Shown here piece after piece: positions 1-9,231 of a stretch of 40,771 bases of DNA. A program made the translations under genes and the position numbers. The notes beneath the pieces are model-generated. The model was not told the origin of the DNA and ran no database searches. It saw only the letters and a list, made by a program, of their open reading frames with translations. The stretch comes from Bacteroidia bacterium (GTDB lineage: Bacteria; Bacteroidota; Bacteroidia; Bacteroidales; SM23-62): NCBI GenBank assembly GCA_041480755.1, contig JBGPAO010000003.1:1-40771 (forward strand), given 5' to 3'. Position 1 is the first letter of the stretch. Each line of letters starts with the position of its first letter.

Positions 1-244
1 ACCTGATAAAAACTTTCTTTTTGCAAAAAATCATTAAAGCAACAAGTCGATATTTATTTCCACAGATATTAAATACAAACCGATTATTACCAACATAATC
101 TGCGCCCTTGAACAAACCTATGATGTCATTCACTTTTTCAGGATTTGACTTTTTCATCTTCTTGAACCAACGGCTTAGAGCAACTTTACTCTGGGGGTGA
201 TTAAATGTAAATTCACGTATAGCCTTTTTGGAGATCACACGCAT
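1..244 (-). CDS. higB: HigB/RelE-superfamily type II toxin (HigB_toxin-like), partial, runs off the window edge
   Basis: Not in the ORF track. Manual translation from ATG 244: MRVISKKAIREFTFNHPQSKVALSRWFKKMKK...ADYVGNNRFVFNICGNKYRLVALMIFCKKKVFIR. This fits the HigB pattern MRVI-x-K...HP...L-x-x-W...R-x-VFNI-x-GN-x-YRL. The frame is open to position 1. Confidence 0.85.
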   Translation of the reverse strand, partial: MRVISKKAIREFTFNHPQSKVALSRWFKKMKKSNPEKVNDIIGLFKGADYVGNNRFVFNICGNKYRLVALMIFCKKKVFIR

Positions 245-349
245 TATTTTAGAATTACAAATTTCAGAATAATATTTTATTTTTCAAAATTTCTTTCAAA
301 ATAAACTTTGTCCCTAAATCTTTCTGCTCACATACCATTCATTCACAAC

Positions 350-377
350 AACTTGGAACTCTGAACTTGGAACCCTG
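350..377. repeat. Degenerate heptamer tandem array (AACTTGG AACTCTG AACTTGG AACCCTG)
   Basis: Read directly; two 14-bp units, each made of two 7-mers. Confidence 0.7.
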
Positions 378-393
378 CCTGCCGGTAGGCAGG
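374..393. repeat. REP-like GC-rich palindrome CCTGCCTGCCGGTAGGCAGG
   Basis: Near-perfect 20-bp palindrome with CCTGCCT/AGGCAGG arms in an AT-rich intergenic region downstream of comM. It may also act as a terminator-like hairpin. Confidence 0.7.
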
Positions 394-426
394 TTAGAAC
401 CTCTTTCATACCCCCCCACCTACACC

Positions 427-468
427 AACTGAGAACCGAAAACTGAGAACCGATAACTGAGAACCTCT
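427..468. repeat. Tandem repeat, 3 x 14 bp (AACTGAGAACCGAA / AACTGAGAACCGAT / AACTGAGAACCTCT)
   Basis: Read directly; abuts the comM stop codon. Confidence 0.85.
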
Positions 469-2007
469 TTATCCTCCCCACCCTTCCCTGTCGAGATTCC
501 TGTAATTCACTGCTTCCGAAATATGGTAAGATTTAATATAGTCGCTTTCATCCAGGTCTGCAATTGTTCGTGATACTTTTAAGATTCTGTCATATGCCCT
601 TGCCGACAGGTTGAGTTTTTCCATGGCTGTTTTCAGTATGGAAAGCCCGGCCTGATCAGGACGGCAATAAGTATTCATCAACTTCGAAGACATCTGTGCA
701 TTGCAATGGATATTCCTGTGGCCTGAAAATCTCAGTTGCTGTATCTTCCGTGCTTTGACCACTCTTTCCCGTATGGTGCTGCTTGTCTCTGCAGGTTGCA
801 ACTGCGACATCTTATCAAATGGCACAGGCACTACTTCAATATGAATATCAATCCTATCCAGTAAGGGGCCTGAGATCCGGCTTAAATATTTTTGCACTGC
901 CCCGGCCGGACATATACATTCTCTTTCAGGATGGTTATAAAATCCGCATGGACAGGGATTCATGGACGCCACCAACATAAAACTTGATGGGTATTCTATG
1001 CTAAATTTTGCCCTTGAAATGGTAATCATACGTCCCTCCAGAGGCTGACGAAGTACCTCCAGAACATTACGTTTAAATTCGGGTAACTCATCCATAAATA
1101 AAACACCGTTATGAGCAAGGGAAATCTCTCCGGGCTGAGGATAAACACCTCCCCCGACCATTGCGATGTCAGAAATTGTGTGATGAGGATCCCTGAAAGG
1201 ACGCCTGGTCACAAGTGAAGAATTATGTTCTATCTTCCCGGCAACGGAATGAATTTTTGTTGTTTCTAACGCTTCTTCAAGTGAAAGAGGAGGGAGTATC
1301 CCGGGCAGCCTTTTTGCAAGCATAGTCTTACCGGACCCTGGCGGGCCAATCATAAGTAAATTATGTGAACCAGCAGCTGCAATCTCCAGCGCTCTCTTAA
1401 CTTTTACCTGCCCTTTCACCTCTGAAAAATCGTTGTCATAGTGATTTAAATTCAAGTAAAACTCTTTTTCAATATCAACCTGAACTGGATGGAAAGTCTC
1501 CTGACCTGAAAGAAAAGCTGTGACCTCCGTGATATTCGTCATGCCATAAATATCTATCCCCTTTATCACTGCCGCCTCCTTTGCATTTTCAGCAGGAACT
1601 ATAAGACCTTTGAATCCTTTCTCTTTGGCATTTATAGCTATCGGCAATGCTCCCCTGATCTTCTGCAGGGTGCCATCAAGTGAAAGCTCCCCCATCATGA
1701 CATACTTGTCGAGCTGACTGACAGGCAACAATTCGTAAACCGCAAGTATTCCCATGGCCAGCGGAAGATCATACGCTGAACCTTCTTTGCGTATATCAGC
1801 CGGTGCAAGATTAATTATCACCTTCCTGTGTTTCAGGTCGAATCCTGTGTTCTTCAGCGCTGCATCAATCCGCCTCTGACTCTCCTTCACCGCATTATCA
1901 GGAAGACCGACAATGAAGAAGTTAATGCCCTGGGACACATTGACTTCAACTGTAATTGTGGTTGCTGAAATGCCGTGGACGGCGGCAGCGTAAGTTTTTA
2001 CAAGCAT
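469..2007 (-). CDS. comM: YifB/ComM family Mg-chelatase-like AAA+ ATPase
   Basis: VGLPDNAVKES, NLAPADIRKEGSAYDLP, Walker A GPPGSGKT, GEISLAHNGVLFMDE, NPCPCG and C-terminal LSARAYDRILKVSRTIADL; 512 aa, intact. Confidence 0.95.
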   Translation of the reverse strand: MLVKTYAAAVHGISATTITVEVNVSQGINFFIVGLPDNAVKESQRRIDAALKNTGFDLKHRKVIINLAPADIRKEGSAYDLPLAMGILAVYELLPVSQLDKYVMMGELSLDGTLQKIRGALPIAINAKEKGFKGLIVPAENAKEAAVIKGIDIYGMTNITEVTAFLSGQETFHPVQVDIEKEFYLNLNHYDNDFSEVKGQVKVKRALEIAAAGSHNLLMIGPPGSGKTMLAKRLPGILPPLSLEEALETTKIHSVAGKIEHNSSLVTRRPFRDPHHTISDIAMVGGGVYPQPGEISLAHNGVLFMDELPEFKRNVLEVLRQPLEGRMITISRAKFSIEYPSSFMLVASMNPCPCGFYNHPERECICPAGAVQKYLSRISGPLLDRIDIHIEVVPVPFDKMSQLQPAETSSTIRERVVKARKIQQLRFSGHRNIHCNAQMSSKLMNTYCRPDQAGLSILKTAMEKLNLSARAYDRILKVSRTIADLDESDYIKSYHISEAVNYRNLDREGWGG

Positions 2008-2046
2008 TTATTTTTAATAATTAAGTGGATTACTTCTGATTTGAAC

Positions 2047-2075
2047 TAAATTCGAAAAAAGAAATTTCGAATTTA
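2047..2075. promoter_or_regulatory. Perfect 11-bp inverted repeat TAAATTCGAAA-N7-TTTCGAATTTA between divergent comM and the mutL operon
   Basis: Read directly; an operator or hairpin role is inferred. Confidence 0.45.
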
Positions 2076-2160
2076 TCCCCCCCCATTCCTTAATCCCCTT
2101 TTATCCAAAATATCGCTCCCCTCGCATTGATTTTTTTTATGACATCCCGATTTATTTGGA

Positions 2161-2168
2161 TAATTTTG
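2161..2168 (+). promoter_or_regulatory. Bacteroidota sigma-A -7 element (TAATTTTG)
   Basis: Matches TAnnTTTG, 17 nt upstream of ATG 2186. Confidence 0.6.
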
Positions 2169-2185
2169 CCGGATAAATATAACTC

Positions 2186-2464
2186 ATGGCATTACCCCGA
2201 TTCTTCAAATTGTCCAAACCCAGACAGTTCCATTATGAACCTGTGTTTTATAATGAAAGTAAAGAAAGAATGCAGGAAAGGATCCGTGAGGCTGAGCAGA
2301 AACTGGATGTTAAATCGGATGGACAGTTCAGAAGGACACTTACGAGAGGTTCAATTTCCTCCCGGCATCTTGGTAAAAGAAAAACCGCCAAACAATCAAC
2401 AATCCGGCTGATAATTATATTTTTTTTCCTATTATTGATCTCCTTTCTTCTCCTATACTTTTAA
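2186..2464 (+). CDS. Small hypothetical membrane protein (basic, C-terminal TM helix) upstream of mutL
   Basis: 92 aa with FFK-x-x-K-x-RQF-x-Y-x-P-x-FY and a C-terminal hydrophobic helix; follows a -7 box and ends 3 nt before mutL. Confidence 0.8.
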   Translation: MALPRFFKLSKPRQFHYEPVFYNESKERMQERIREAEQKLDVKSDGQFRRTLTRGSISSRHLGKRKTAKQSTIRLIIIFFFLLLISFLLLYF

Positions 2465-2467
2465 CGC

Positions 2468-4285
2468 ATGCCAGATATTATTAAATTATTGTCCGATTCG
2501 GTGGCTAACCAGATTGCAGCAGGAGAGGTTATACAGAGACCCGCTTCCGTTGTAAAGGAACTGATGGAAAATTCTATCGATGCCGGGGCTTCCAGCCTGT
2601 CGGTAATAATAAGGGATGCAGGAAAAACCCTTGTGCAGGTTATGGATAACGGCTGCGGAATGTCTGTTACAGACGCCAGGATGGCTTTTGAGAGACATTC
2701 GACCTCAAAAATATCCAGGGCTGAAGATCTTTTTGCAATTCATACGCTTGGATTTCGCGGAGAAGCTCTCGCATCTGTTGCAGCAGTATCAGAAGTGGTT
2801 GTGAAAACAAGAAGAACGGAAGATGAGATAGGTACAATGATTGAAATCAGCGGATCTGCTGTAAAGAACCAGGAACCTGTTTCCTGCCCTGCCGGAACCA
2901 ATTTCATGATAAAGAACCTTTTCTATAATGTACCTGCAAGAAGGAAATTTCTTAAAACCAATGCAATAGAATTAAAACACTCCATTAACGAATTTATTCA
3001 TGTCTCTCTTACACGTCCCGCGGTTCATTTTATCCTGACTCATAACGATACTGAAATTTATAATCTTCCTCCGGGAAATATAAAACAACGGATAATAGGC
3101 ATTTTTGGAAAAGGCATCAATCAGAACCTGATACCTATAAAAACCGAGACCACTATTATAACTATCAATGGTTTTATAGGCACGCCTGAATCTTCGCGGA
3201 AAACTTTCGGAGAACAATTTTTCTTCGTAAATGGCCGTTACATGAGGCATCCCTATTTCCATAAAGCAGTGCTTGAGGCCTATGAAGCCGTACTTCCCTC
3301 GGGAACTATTCCCACTTATTTTATCTATTTTGATATTCGGCCCGAATCAATCGATATAAATATCCATCCTACCAAAACAGAAATCAAATTTGAGGAAGAA
3401 CGGTCTGTTTTCCAGATACTGATGTCAACCTTAAGGGAAGCACTCGGCAGGCACAATATGGTGCCATCCCTTGATTTTGATACAACCGGAGTGATTGACA
3501 TCCCCATTTTTAAAAAAGACCAGGAAGTCAGACCTCCTGAAATTCAGATCAATCCTGAATTCAATCCGTTTTCCGGTGACAAATCAGGAATATCCGGACA
3601 GGAATCTTATCACCGGGAAACAGTAAGGAACTGGGAGCGATTGTATGAAGGTATCAGACATTCTGAGACCATTTCCGGACAGGATTCCCAGACAAAGATT
3701 GAATCAGATCAGAAAGATTTCAGAGTAAAACTGATTCAATATAAAAATAGATACATAATCGTTCCTGTAAAATCCGGGTTGATGATAGTTGACCAGAAGC
3801 GTGCCCATGAAAAAATTTTATACGAGAAATACCTGGATTCCCTGATGACGAGTAAAGGTCTGGCCCAACAGGAACTTTTTCCTGCTACAATTGAACTGAA
3901 TGCCGCAGATCATGCTATTTTGATGGATTTGCTGGATGATTTTGTACAACTGGGATTTGATATCCGTGACCTCGGCAATAATAATATTGTAATTAATGGT
4001 TTTCCTGCAGATGTGGAGCAAATTGAACCAAAAAGCATGATTGATTGTTTTCTCGAAGAATTTAAGCAATGCCAGTCTGATATTAAAGTTAAAGCACGTG
4101 AAAGGTTAGCCCTTTCAATTGCAAGAGCATCATCAATTGCATACCAGAAAATCCTGTCCGAAACAGAAATGAGAGACCTGATCGATAAACTATTCAACTG
4201 CACCAATCCGGGACAATTGGCAGATGGTAAAATCGTATTTACTATCTTTGCCTTCGATGAAATTGAAAAAAGGTTCAACCGTTAG
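2468..4285 (+). CDS. mutL: DNA mismatch repair protein MutL
   Basis: NQIAAGEVIQRPASVVKELMENSIDAG, DNGCGM, TLGFRGEALAS and DINIHPTKTE; C-terminal dimerisation domain. Confidence 0.97.
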   Translation: MPDIIKLLSDSVANQIAAGEVIQRPASVVKELMENSIDAGASSLSVIIRDAGKTLVQVMDNGCGMSVTDARMAFERHSTSKISRAEDLFAIHTLGFRGEALASVAAVSEVVVKTRRTEDEIGTMIEISGSAVKNQEPVSCPAGTNFMIKNLFYNVPARRKFLKTNAIELKHSINEFIHVSLTRPAVHFILTHNDTEIYNLPPGNIKQRIIGIFGKGINQNLIPIKTETTIITINGFIGTPESSRKTFGEQFFFVNGRYMRHPYFHKAVLEAYEAVLPSGTIPTYFIYFDIRPESIDINIHPTKTEIKFEEERSVFQILMSTLREALGRHNMVPSLDFDTTGVIDIPIFKKDQEVRPPEIQINPEFNPFSGDKSGISGQESYHRETVRNWERLYEGIRHSETISGQDSQTKIESDQKDFRVKLIQYKNRYIIVPVKSGLMIVDQKRAHEKILYEKYLDSLMTSKGLAQQELFPATIELNAADHAILMDLLDDFVQLGFDIRDLGNNNIVINGFPADVEQIEPKSMIDCFLEEFKQCQSDIKVKARERLALSIARASSIAYQKILSETEMRDLIDKLFNCTNPGQLADGKIVFTIFAFDEIEKRFNR

Positions 4286-4327
4286 GTCTTCTTAACCCAG
4301 GATTTAAGAACAAGTAAATCTCACAAA

Positions 4328-5149
4328 ATGAATACACCAGGAAGAGGATTTGCGAGTATTCCACCGGTACTGAAGAACCTTCTTATCATCAACGTACTTA
4401 TGTTTCTTGCCATGGTTGTGCTCCAGCGCACCATGAATATTGATCTGAACGAGAAACTTGGCCTGTATTATTTTAAATCAGAAAATTTCCGTCCGTACCA
4501 GTTCGTTACCCACATGTTCATGCATGGCGGTGTAACGCATATCTTCCTTAATATGTTCATGCTATGGATGTTCGGACGTGTTCTTGAACAGGTCTGGGGA
4601 GGCAAGCGATTTTTAATTTATTATCTTTTTACAGGCCTTGGTGCAGCTGCATTGCATATGTTTGTAACCCACCTGGAAATATCATCTCTCGTCAGAGAAG
4701 TTGCAGCTCTGACAAATACACCTTCACCAGAAGTATTTGCAAGTTTTCTGAAAGGAAATATTCCGAAATCATCTCCTCAATTATATGATTTTATCCAGGC
4801 TTGGACAGCTGATCCATCAAATCCCTCATACGCGAATGAAGCTGTTGATTTTGCAAATAAACTGGTCAAATCCAAAATGGATATCCCCACTGTAGGGGCA
4901 TCCGGTGCAGTGTATGGTGTATTACTGGCTTTTGGAATGATCTTCCCCAATATGCCCCTGGTACTGATATTTTTCCCTTTTTTCCCGATAAAAGCAAAAT
5001 ATATGGTCATCGCAATGGGTGTTCTCGAGCTGGTATATGGTATAAGCATGCCCGGAAGCAACGTTGCTCATTTTGCCCATCTTGGTGGTATGATTTTCGG
5101 CTTCATATTAATACGAATCTGGAAATCAACAACCCGTAATTATTACTGA
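4328..5149 (+). CDS. Rhomboid family intramembrane serine protease
   Basis: HMFMHGG..HIFLNM, catalytic GASG and AHLGG motifs; several TM helices. Confidence 0.93.
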   Translation: MNTPGRGFASIPPVLKNLLIINVLMFLAMVVLQRTMNIDLNEKLGLYYFKSENFRPYQFVTHMFMHGGVTHIFLNMFMLWMFGRVLEQVWGGKRFLIYYLFTGLGAAALHMFVTHLEISSLVREVAALTNTPSPEVFASFLKGNIPKSSPQLYDFIQAWTADPSNPSYANEAVDFANKLVKSKMDIPTVGASGAVYGVLLAFGMIFPNMPLVLIFFPFFPIKAKYMVIAMGVLELVYGISMPGSNVAHFAHLGGMIFGFILIRIWKSTTRNYY

Positions 5150-5211
5150 CGCAATTATTATTTTTGTTGAACGAAAGTTTTATTTAGTCTTAGAAGAGAT
5201 TAATTAATTAC

Positions 5212-6093
5212 ATGAGCATTGTTGACGAAATAAAGCAAACGTTTAAATCCGGATCAAGTCTTACAAGACTGATCTATATAAATCTTGCCATATTTATTGT
5301 TGTCAATATTGTCGAGATGTTTTATTTTATCCTGAATCGCCACGATTCCTATTCTGCCTTCTTACTGACCTTTGCTGTACCCGCTGACATTCACCTGCTT
5401 ATCAGGAAACCCTGGACTCTGATCACTTACATGTTTTTGCATAAAAACTTTTTGCATATCCTGTTTAACCTGTTATGGCTGTACTGGTTTGGACGGATTT
5501 TTCTTGAATATCTTGACGGGAAAAAACTCGTCGGTGTTTATATTCTGGGCGGATTGTCCGGTGCTTTTTTGTACATCCTGGTATATAATATTTTCCCGGT
5601 TTTTTTCAGCCAGCTTAAATTATCCTATGCGCTTGGAGCTTCTGCAGCTGTAATGGCAATTGTTATGTCAATCGCTGCTTATGTGCCTGGCTATTCGGTC
5701 TACCTTCTATTTTTCGGAAGGGTGAAAATTATTTATATCGCTATAATTGGATTCCTGGTGACATCAGTTTTTGATTTTTCTATTAATACAGGTGGTAAGA
5801 TAGCACATATCGGCGGCGCTCTGTTCGGATACCTGTTTACCCTGCAATACAGAAAAGGCAGGGATATTACAAGAGGATTGAGCCGGTTTTTGAGTGGTGT
5901 ATTTGGATTATTCAAACCACGGTCTAAAGTAAGCGTTTCCTACCGGAAATCAGAGACAGATTATGATCTTAATAAAAGAAAAAAAGATGAGCAAATTGAA
6001 ATAGATCGGATTCTTGATAAAATAGCCAAATCAGGATACGACAGCCTGACAAAAGATGAGAAGGAACTTCTATTCAGACAAAGCAAAAGCTGA
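5212..6093 (+). CDS. Rhomboid family protease with C-terminal DUF6576-like tail
   Basis: YMFLH..HILFN, GASA and AHIGG; C-terminal IDRILDKIAKSGYDSLTKDEKELLF. Confidence 0.92.
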   Translation: MSIVDEIKQTFKSGSSLTRLIYINLAIFIVVNIVEMFYFILNRHDSYSAFLLTFAVPADIHLLIRKPWTLITYMFLHKNFLHILFNLLWLYWFGRIFLEYLDGKKLVGVYILGGLSGAFLYILVYNIFPVFFSQLKLSYALGASAAVMAIVMSIAAYVPGYSVYLLFFGRVKIIYIAIIGFLVTSVFDFSINTGGKIAHIGGALFGYLFTLQYRKGRDITRGLSRFLSGVFGLFKPRSKVSVSYRKSETDYDLNKRKKDEQIEIDRILDKIAKSGYDSLTKDEKELLFRQSKS

Positions 6094-6133
6094 TTAGTGA
6101 CTGACACCAATTTTATTTTAAAAAAAGATTGAC

Positions 6134-7258
6134 TTGAAGAGACTGGTTTATAAATTCATATTGTATTTCAATATCATACTCGCACTCCTTATCATTTCAT
6201 CCCAGCTTTCAATTTATGTAAGTCCGGCAAAATTCTGGCCTTTTGCATTTCTGGGGCTTATTTATCCTTATATCCTTATTGCTAATATTATAATGATTGT
6301 ATTCTGGCTTCTGTTCAGAAAGAAAGAATTTCTCATCTCCCTGGTAGCTATTCTCACAGGATGGAATATACTGACCAGCGTGGTTCAACCTAATTTCAAT
6401 TTCCTTAAGAAGAAAGAGATCAGTGAAAAATATACGCGCAGCTTTCGTGAAGAAAATCAGATAATAAAGGTATTGAGCTTCAATGTCAGGGCATTTAATA
6501 TTTATAACTGGGAAAAATATAAGGATGCAAGAGACAGTATTTTCAGGTTTGTCCGCGAGGAAGATCCGGATATCATCTGTTTCCAGGAATACTATGTGCA
6601 GGAAAAAGGATTATTTGCGGCATCCAGGCTTTATAAATCATTAAAAAACACTCCATTCCGCCATGTCAACTACACTTTAGGCGATAATTCAAATTCCCAT
6701 TATGGGATGGCAACATTCAGTTCATATCCCGTTGTCGGAAAAGGAATCATTCGTTTTGAAAACACCTTTAATGCCGCCATTTATACTGATATCAATATTA
6801 ACGGCGACACAGTGAGAGTTTTTAATAATCACCTTCAGTCAGTTCATCTGAATGCACAGAATTACACATTCATCGACAGTCTCAGGCTCAGGTACAATGA
6901 CCAGCAGATTGATGAAATACTGGATATTTCTCACCGCCTGAAGGATGCATTTGTTAAGCGTTCAAAACAGGCTGATGTGATCTCGGGGAAAATAGCAGAG
7001 TCTCCTTATCCTGTAATTGTTTGCGGCGATTTCAATGATACTCCGGTCTCCTATACATATAAAAAGATAAAGTCAGGACTGTCTGATTCTTTCATTGAAG
7101 CAGGATCGGGTATTAGCAATACTTATCACGGGATAACCCCGTCCTTAAGGATTGATTATATTTTACACCATCCGGAAATGAAAGCTATTTATACTGAAAG
7201 GACCCGTCTGAAGTTATCTGACCATTATCCTCTTATCACTTATCTTAAGCTTGAGTAA
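6134..7258 (+). CDS. Endonuclease/exonuclease/phosphatase (EEP) family protein, membrane-anchored
   Basis: TTG start, N-terminal TM helices, SFNV, DIICFQE, HLQS, GDFND, RIDYI and SDHYP motifs. Confidence 0.92.
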   Translation: MKRLVYKFILYFNIILALLIISSQLSIYVSPAKFWPFAFLGLIYPYILIANIIMIVFWLLFRKKEFLISLVAILTGWNILTSVVQPNFNFLKKKEISEKYTRSFREENQIIKVLSFNVRAFNIYNWEKYKDARDSIFRFVREEDPDIICFQEYYVQEKGLFAASRLYKSLKNTPFRHVNYTLGDNSNSHYGMATFSSYPVVGKGIIRFENTFNAAIYTDININGDTVRVFNNHLQSVHLNAQNYTFIDSLRLRYNDQQIDEILDISHRLKDAFVKRSKQADVISGKIAESPYPVIVCGDFNDTPVSYTYKKIKSGLSDSFIEAGSGISNTYHGITPSLRIDYILHHPEMKAIYTERTRLKLSDHYPLITYLKLE

Positions 7259-8204
7259 ACGGCAGCTTGTTAAGATCTGCATTACCGCCTGACAGTATAA
7301 TTCCGATTCGTTTCCTTCGAAAATCGATTTTCCCTTCTACCAGAGCTGCAAAGGGAACTGCCGCAGATGGTTCGACAATGATCTTCATCCGTTCCCATAT
7401 CATCCTCATTGCATTAATGATGGATGATTCAGAAACAGTAATAATATCATCCACCTTTTTAACAATAATCTCAAAAGTGAGAGGTCCCAGTGAGGTTAAA
7501 AGTCCGTCAGCGATTGTATTGGGGTTAACAGATGGTATGATTTTCCCGGCATGGAACGATCGAAAAGCATCATCTGCATTGGCAGGTTCTACTGCTATGA
7601 CTTTCGTTTCGGGAGATATTCCCTTAACCGCAATTGCTGTACCGCTTATTAAGCCACCTCCTCCAACCGGTGCCATAACAATGTCTAAATTTGTTACCTC
7701 CTCCATTAGTTCTTTTGCACATGTCCCCTGTCCTGCAATAATATCAAAATGATTGTATGGCGGTATAAATACCGCACCGGTCTCTTCCAGTACTTTTTTC
7801 ATAGTGTTTTCTCTTGCTTCAAGGGTAGGCTCACAGAATGTTATTTTACCGCCATATCCTTTCACTGCCTTAATCTTTATTTCAGGAGCAGTCCGCGGCA
7901 TTACAATGTATGCAGGTATCCCTTTCATTCTTGCTGCAAGTGAAAGGGCTGCTGCATGATTCCCTGATGAGTGTGTACCAACCCCTTTCCTGGCTTCACC
8001 CTTCGGCAAAGACAGAATTGCATTCGTTGCCCCCCTGAACTTGAAAGCGCCGACTTTTTGAAAATTTTCGCATTTAAAATAAATTTCTGTGTTGAAAATG
8101 GCATTGATACTTTTTGAAGTCAGAACCGGTGTATGATGTACGAATTCATGTATCCGGCCATGTGCTTCAACTATATCCTTATATTCCGGTAAGTGTAATT
8201 TCAT
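7245..8204 (-). CDS. PLP-dependent serine/threonine dehydratase (serine racemase-like, no ACT domain)
   Basis: KCENFQKVGAFKFRGA (PLP lysine), SSGNHA, VGGGGLISG, VEPSAA and LSGGN. Confidence 0.92.
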   Translation of the reverse strand: MKLHLPEYKDIVEAHGRIHEFVHHTPVLTSKSINAIFNTEIYFKCENFQKVGAFKFRGATNAILSLPKGEARKGVGTHSSGNHAAALSLAARMKGIPAYIVMPRTAPEIKIKAVKGYGGKITFCEPTLEARENTMKKVLEETGAVFIPPYNHFDIIAGQGTCAKELMEEVTNLDIVMAPVGGGGLISGTAIAVKGISPETKVIAVEPANADDAFRSFHAGKIIPSVNPNTIADGLLTSLGPLTFEIIVKKVDDIITVSESSIINAMRMIWERMKIIVEPSAAVPFAALVEGKIDFRRKRIGIILSGGNADLNKLPFTQA

Positions 8205-8239
8205 AGATCTTTTATTAATAATTTTTCAATCCTGGAATA

Positions 8240-9088
8240 TCAATCTTTTGGTTCTTTCTTTCTGTATTCTTTTAATTTCTCAAGAACTTTCTCAATGATT
8301 TCATATTCAGTGCTTTTCAGTATAAATCCCTTGCTAAAATTACAGAATTTTATAAACTCATATAATTCCGGCCCGCTTAGACCAGTTATCCTCCCAAGCA
8401 TTTCAGGATTATATTTATATCCAACCTGTTTCCGGAATTCTTCCTCTTCCTGCAATTTCTTCAGTTTTCTTAATGATTTCCCTTCCTTGCTGACAAGGTT
8501 ATATATGGCAGTTATAGGACTTCCAAGACTGAGAGGTTCTATAATATCAAGTGTGTCAATACCCTTTCCAATATCTATAAAAACAGTAGGATTCGCCGGA
8601 TGTTCCGGCTCAGGCAGATCAAGATTCAAAAAATTATATTTGAACTGTTCATATGTTCCCAGCCTGTTTATGTCAATCTCCGGTATTGCATAGATCTTCG
8701 GGATCATACGGTAGGTATGAAATATGTTTATTCGCGCAACTGAATCGCTGATATAAATAGGTAAATCATAAAATCCAATTGCAGTCGCTATTAAAAGATC
8801 CTTAGGCCGGACATATATACTGAAATATCCAAGTGTGTCGCTTATAATTGCATAATTCCGTTTCTGATTAATAATATGGGAAAGTTGGACAGGATCTCCA
8901 GTCTGTTCATTAATAAGCTTGCCAGAGAATAATAGCACAGTATCACGGATCTCCTGGCCTGATGCAGGATTACAGAATTCAAACATTATCAGCACAACAA
9001 AGAGCTTAACTATGCATAAGTATCTTATTATCCATTCCCGAAATGGAGTGAAAATACTTCTGCGCCTGCCTGACCTTTTCAAAGCCAT
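8240..9088 (-). CDS. Exported protein with carboxypeptidase-regulatory-like N-terminal domain; start uncertain
   Basis: Signal-like segment ending ASG-Q; FSGKLI..TGDPV..SDTLGYFSI..TAIGF beta-sandwich pattern; C-terminal SPITAIYN..SKEGK and ITGL..L.EF..FC. Confidence 0.7.
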   Translation of the reverse strand: MALKRSGRRRSIFTPFREWIIRYLCIVKLFVVLIMFEFCNPASGQEIRDTVLLFSGKLINEQTGDPVQLSHIINQKRNYAIISDTLGYFSIYVRPKDLLIATAIGFYDLPIYISDSVARINIFHTYRMIPKIYAIPEIDINRLGTYEQFKYNFLNLDLPEPEHPANPTVFIDIGKGIDTLDIIEPLSLGSPITAIYNLVSKEGKSLRKLKKLQEEEEFRKQVGYKYNPEMLGRITGLSGPELYEFIKFCNFSKGFILKSTEYEIIEKVLEKLKEYRKKEPKD

Positions 9089-9197
9089 TTCTGTTGTTAA
9101 GTTATAAATATTCTTTAATTCTGCTCTTAGGATTGCTTATTGCGTGATTTAAACTCAATTACATGAAATTTAATTTGCTATTTAGAATAATTATAAA

Positions 9198-9205
9198 TAA
9201 CTTTG
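9198..9205 (+). promoter_or_regulatory. -7 element (TAACTTTG)
   Basis: TAnnTTTG 26 nt before ATG 9232; supports that start over 9163. Confidence 0.55.
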
Positions 9206-9231
9206 TACTCCTAATATTTTATATCCAAAAA

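Noticed and set aside
469-2007. Mobile element integrated in comM (a known hotspot)
   Set aside because: The ORF is full length and uninterrupted, and no integrase is in the window.
2127-2411. Alternative-frame 94-aa ORF
   Set aside because: Overlaps the better-supported 2186-2464 gene and starts upstream of its -7 box.
9163-9231. N-terminal extensions in the ORF track (also rimM 18063 and TPR-caspase 29141)
   Set aside because: They overlap promoter boxes or neighbouring genes, or displace the signal peptide; downstream ATGs fit better.
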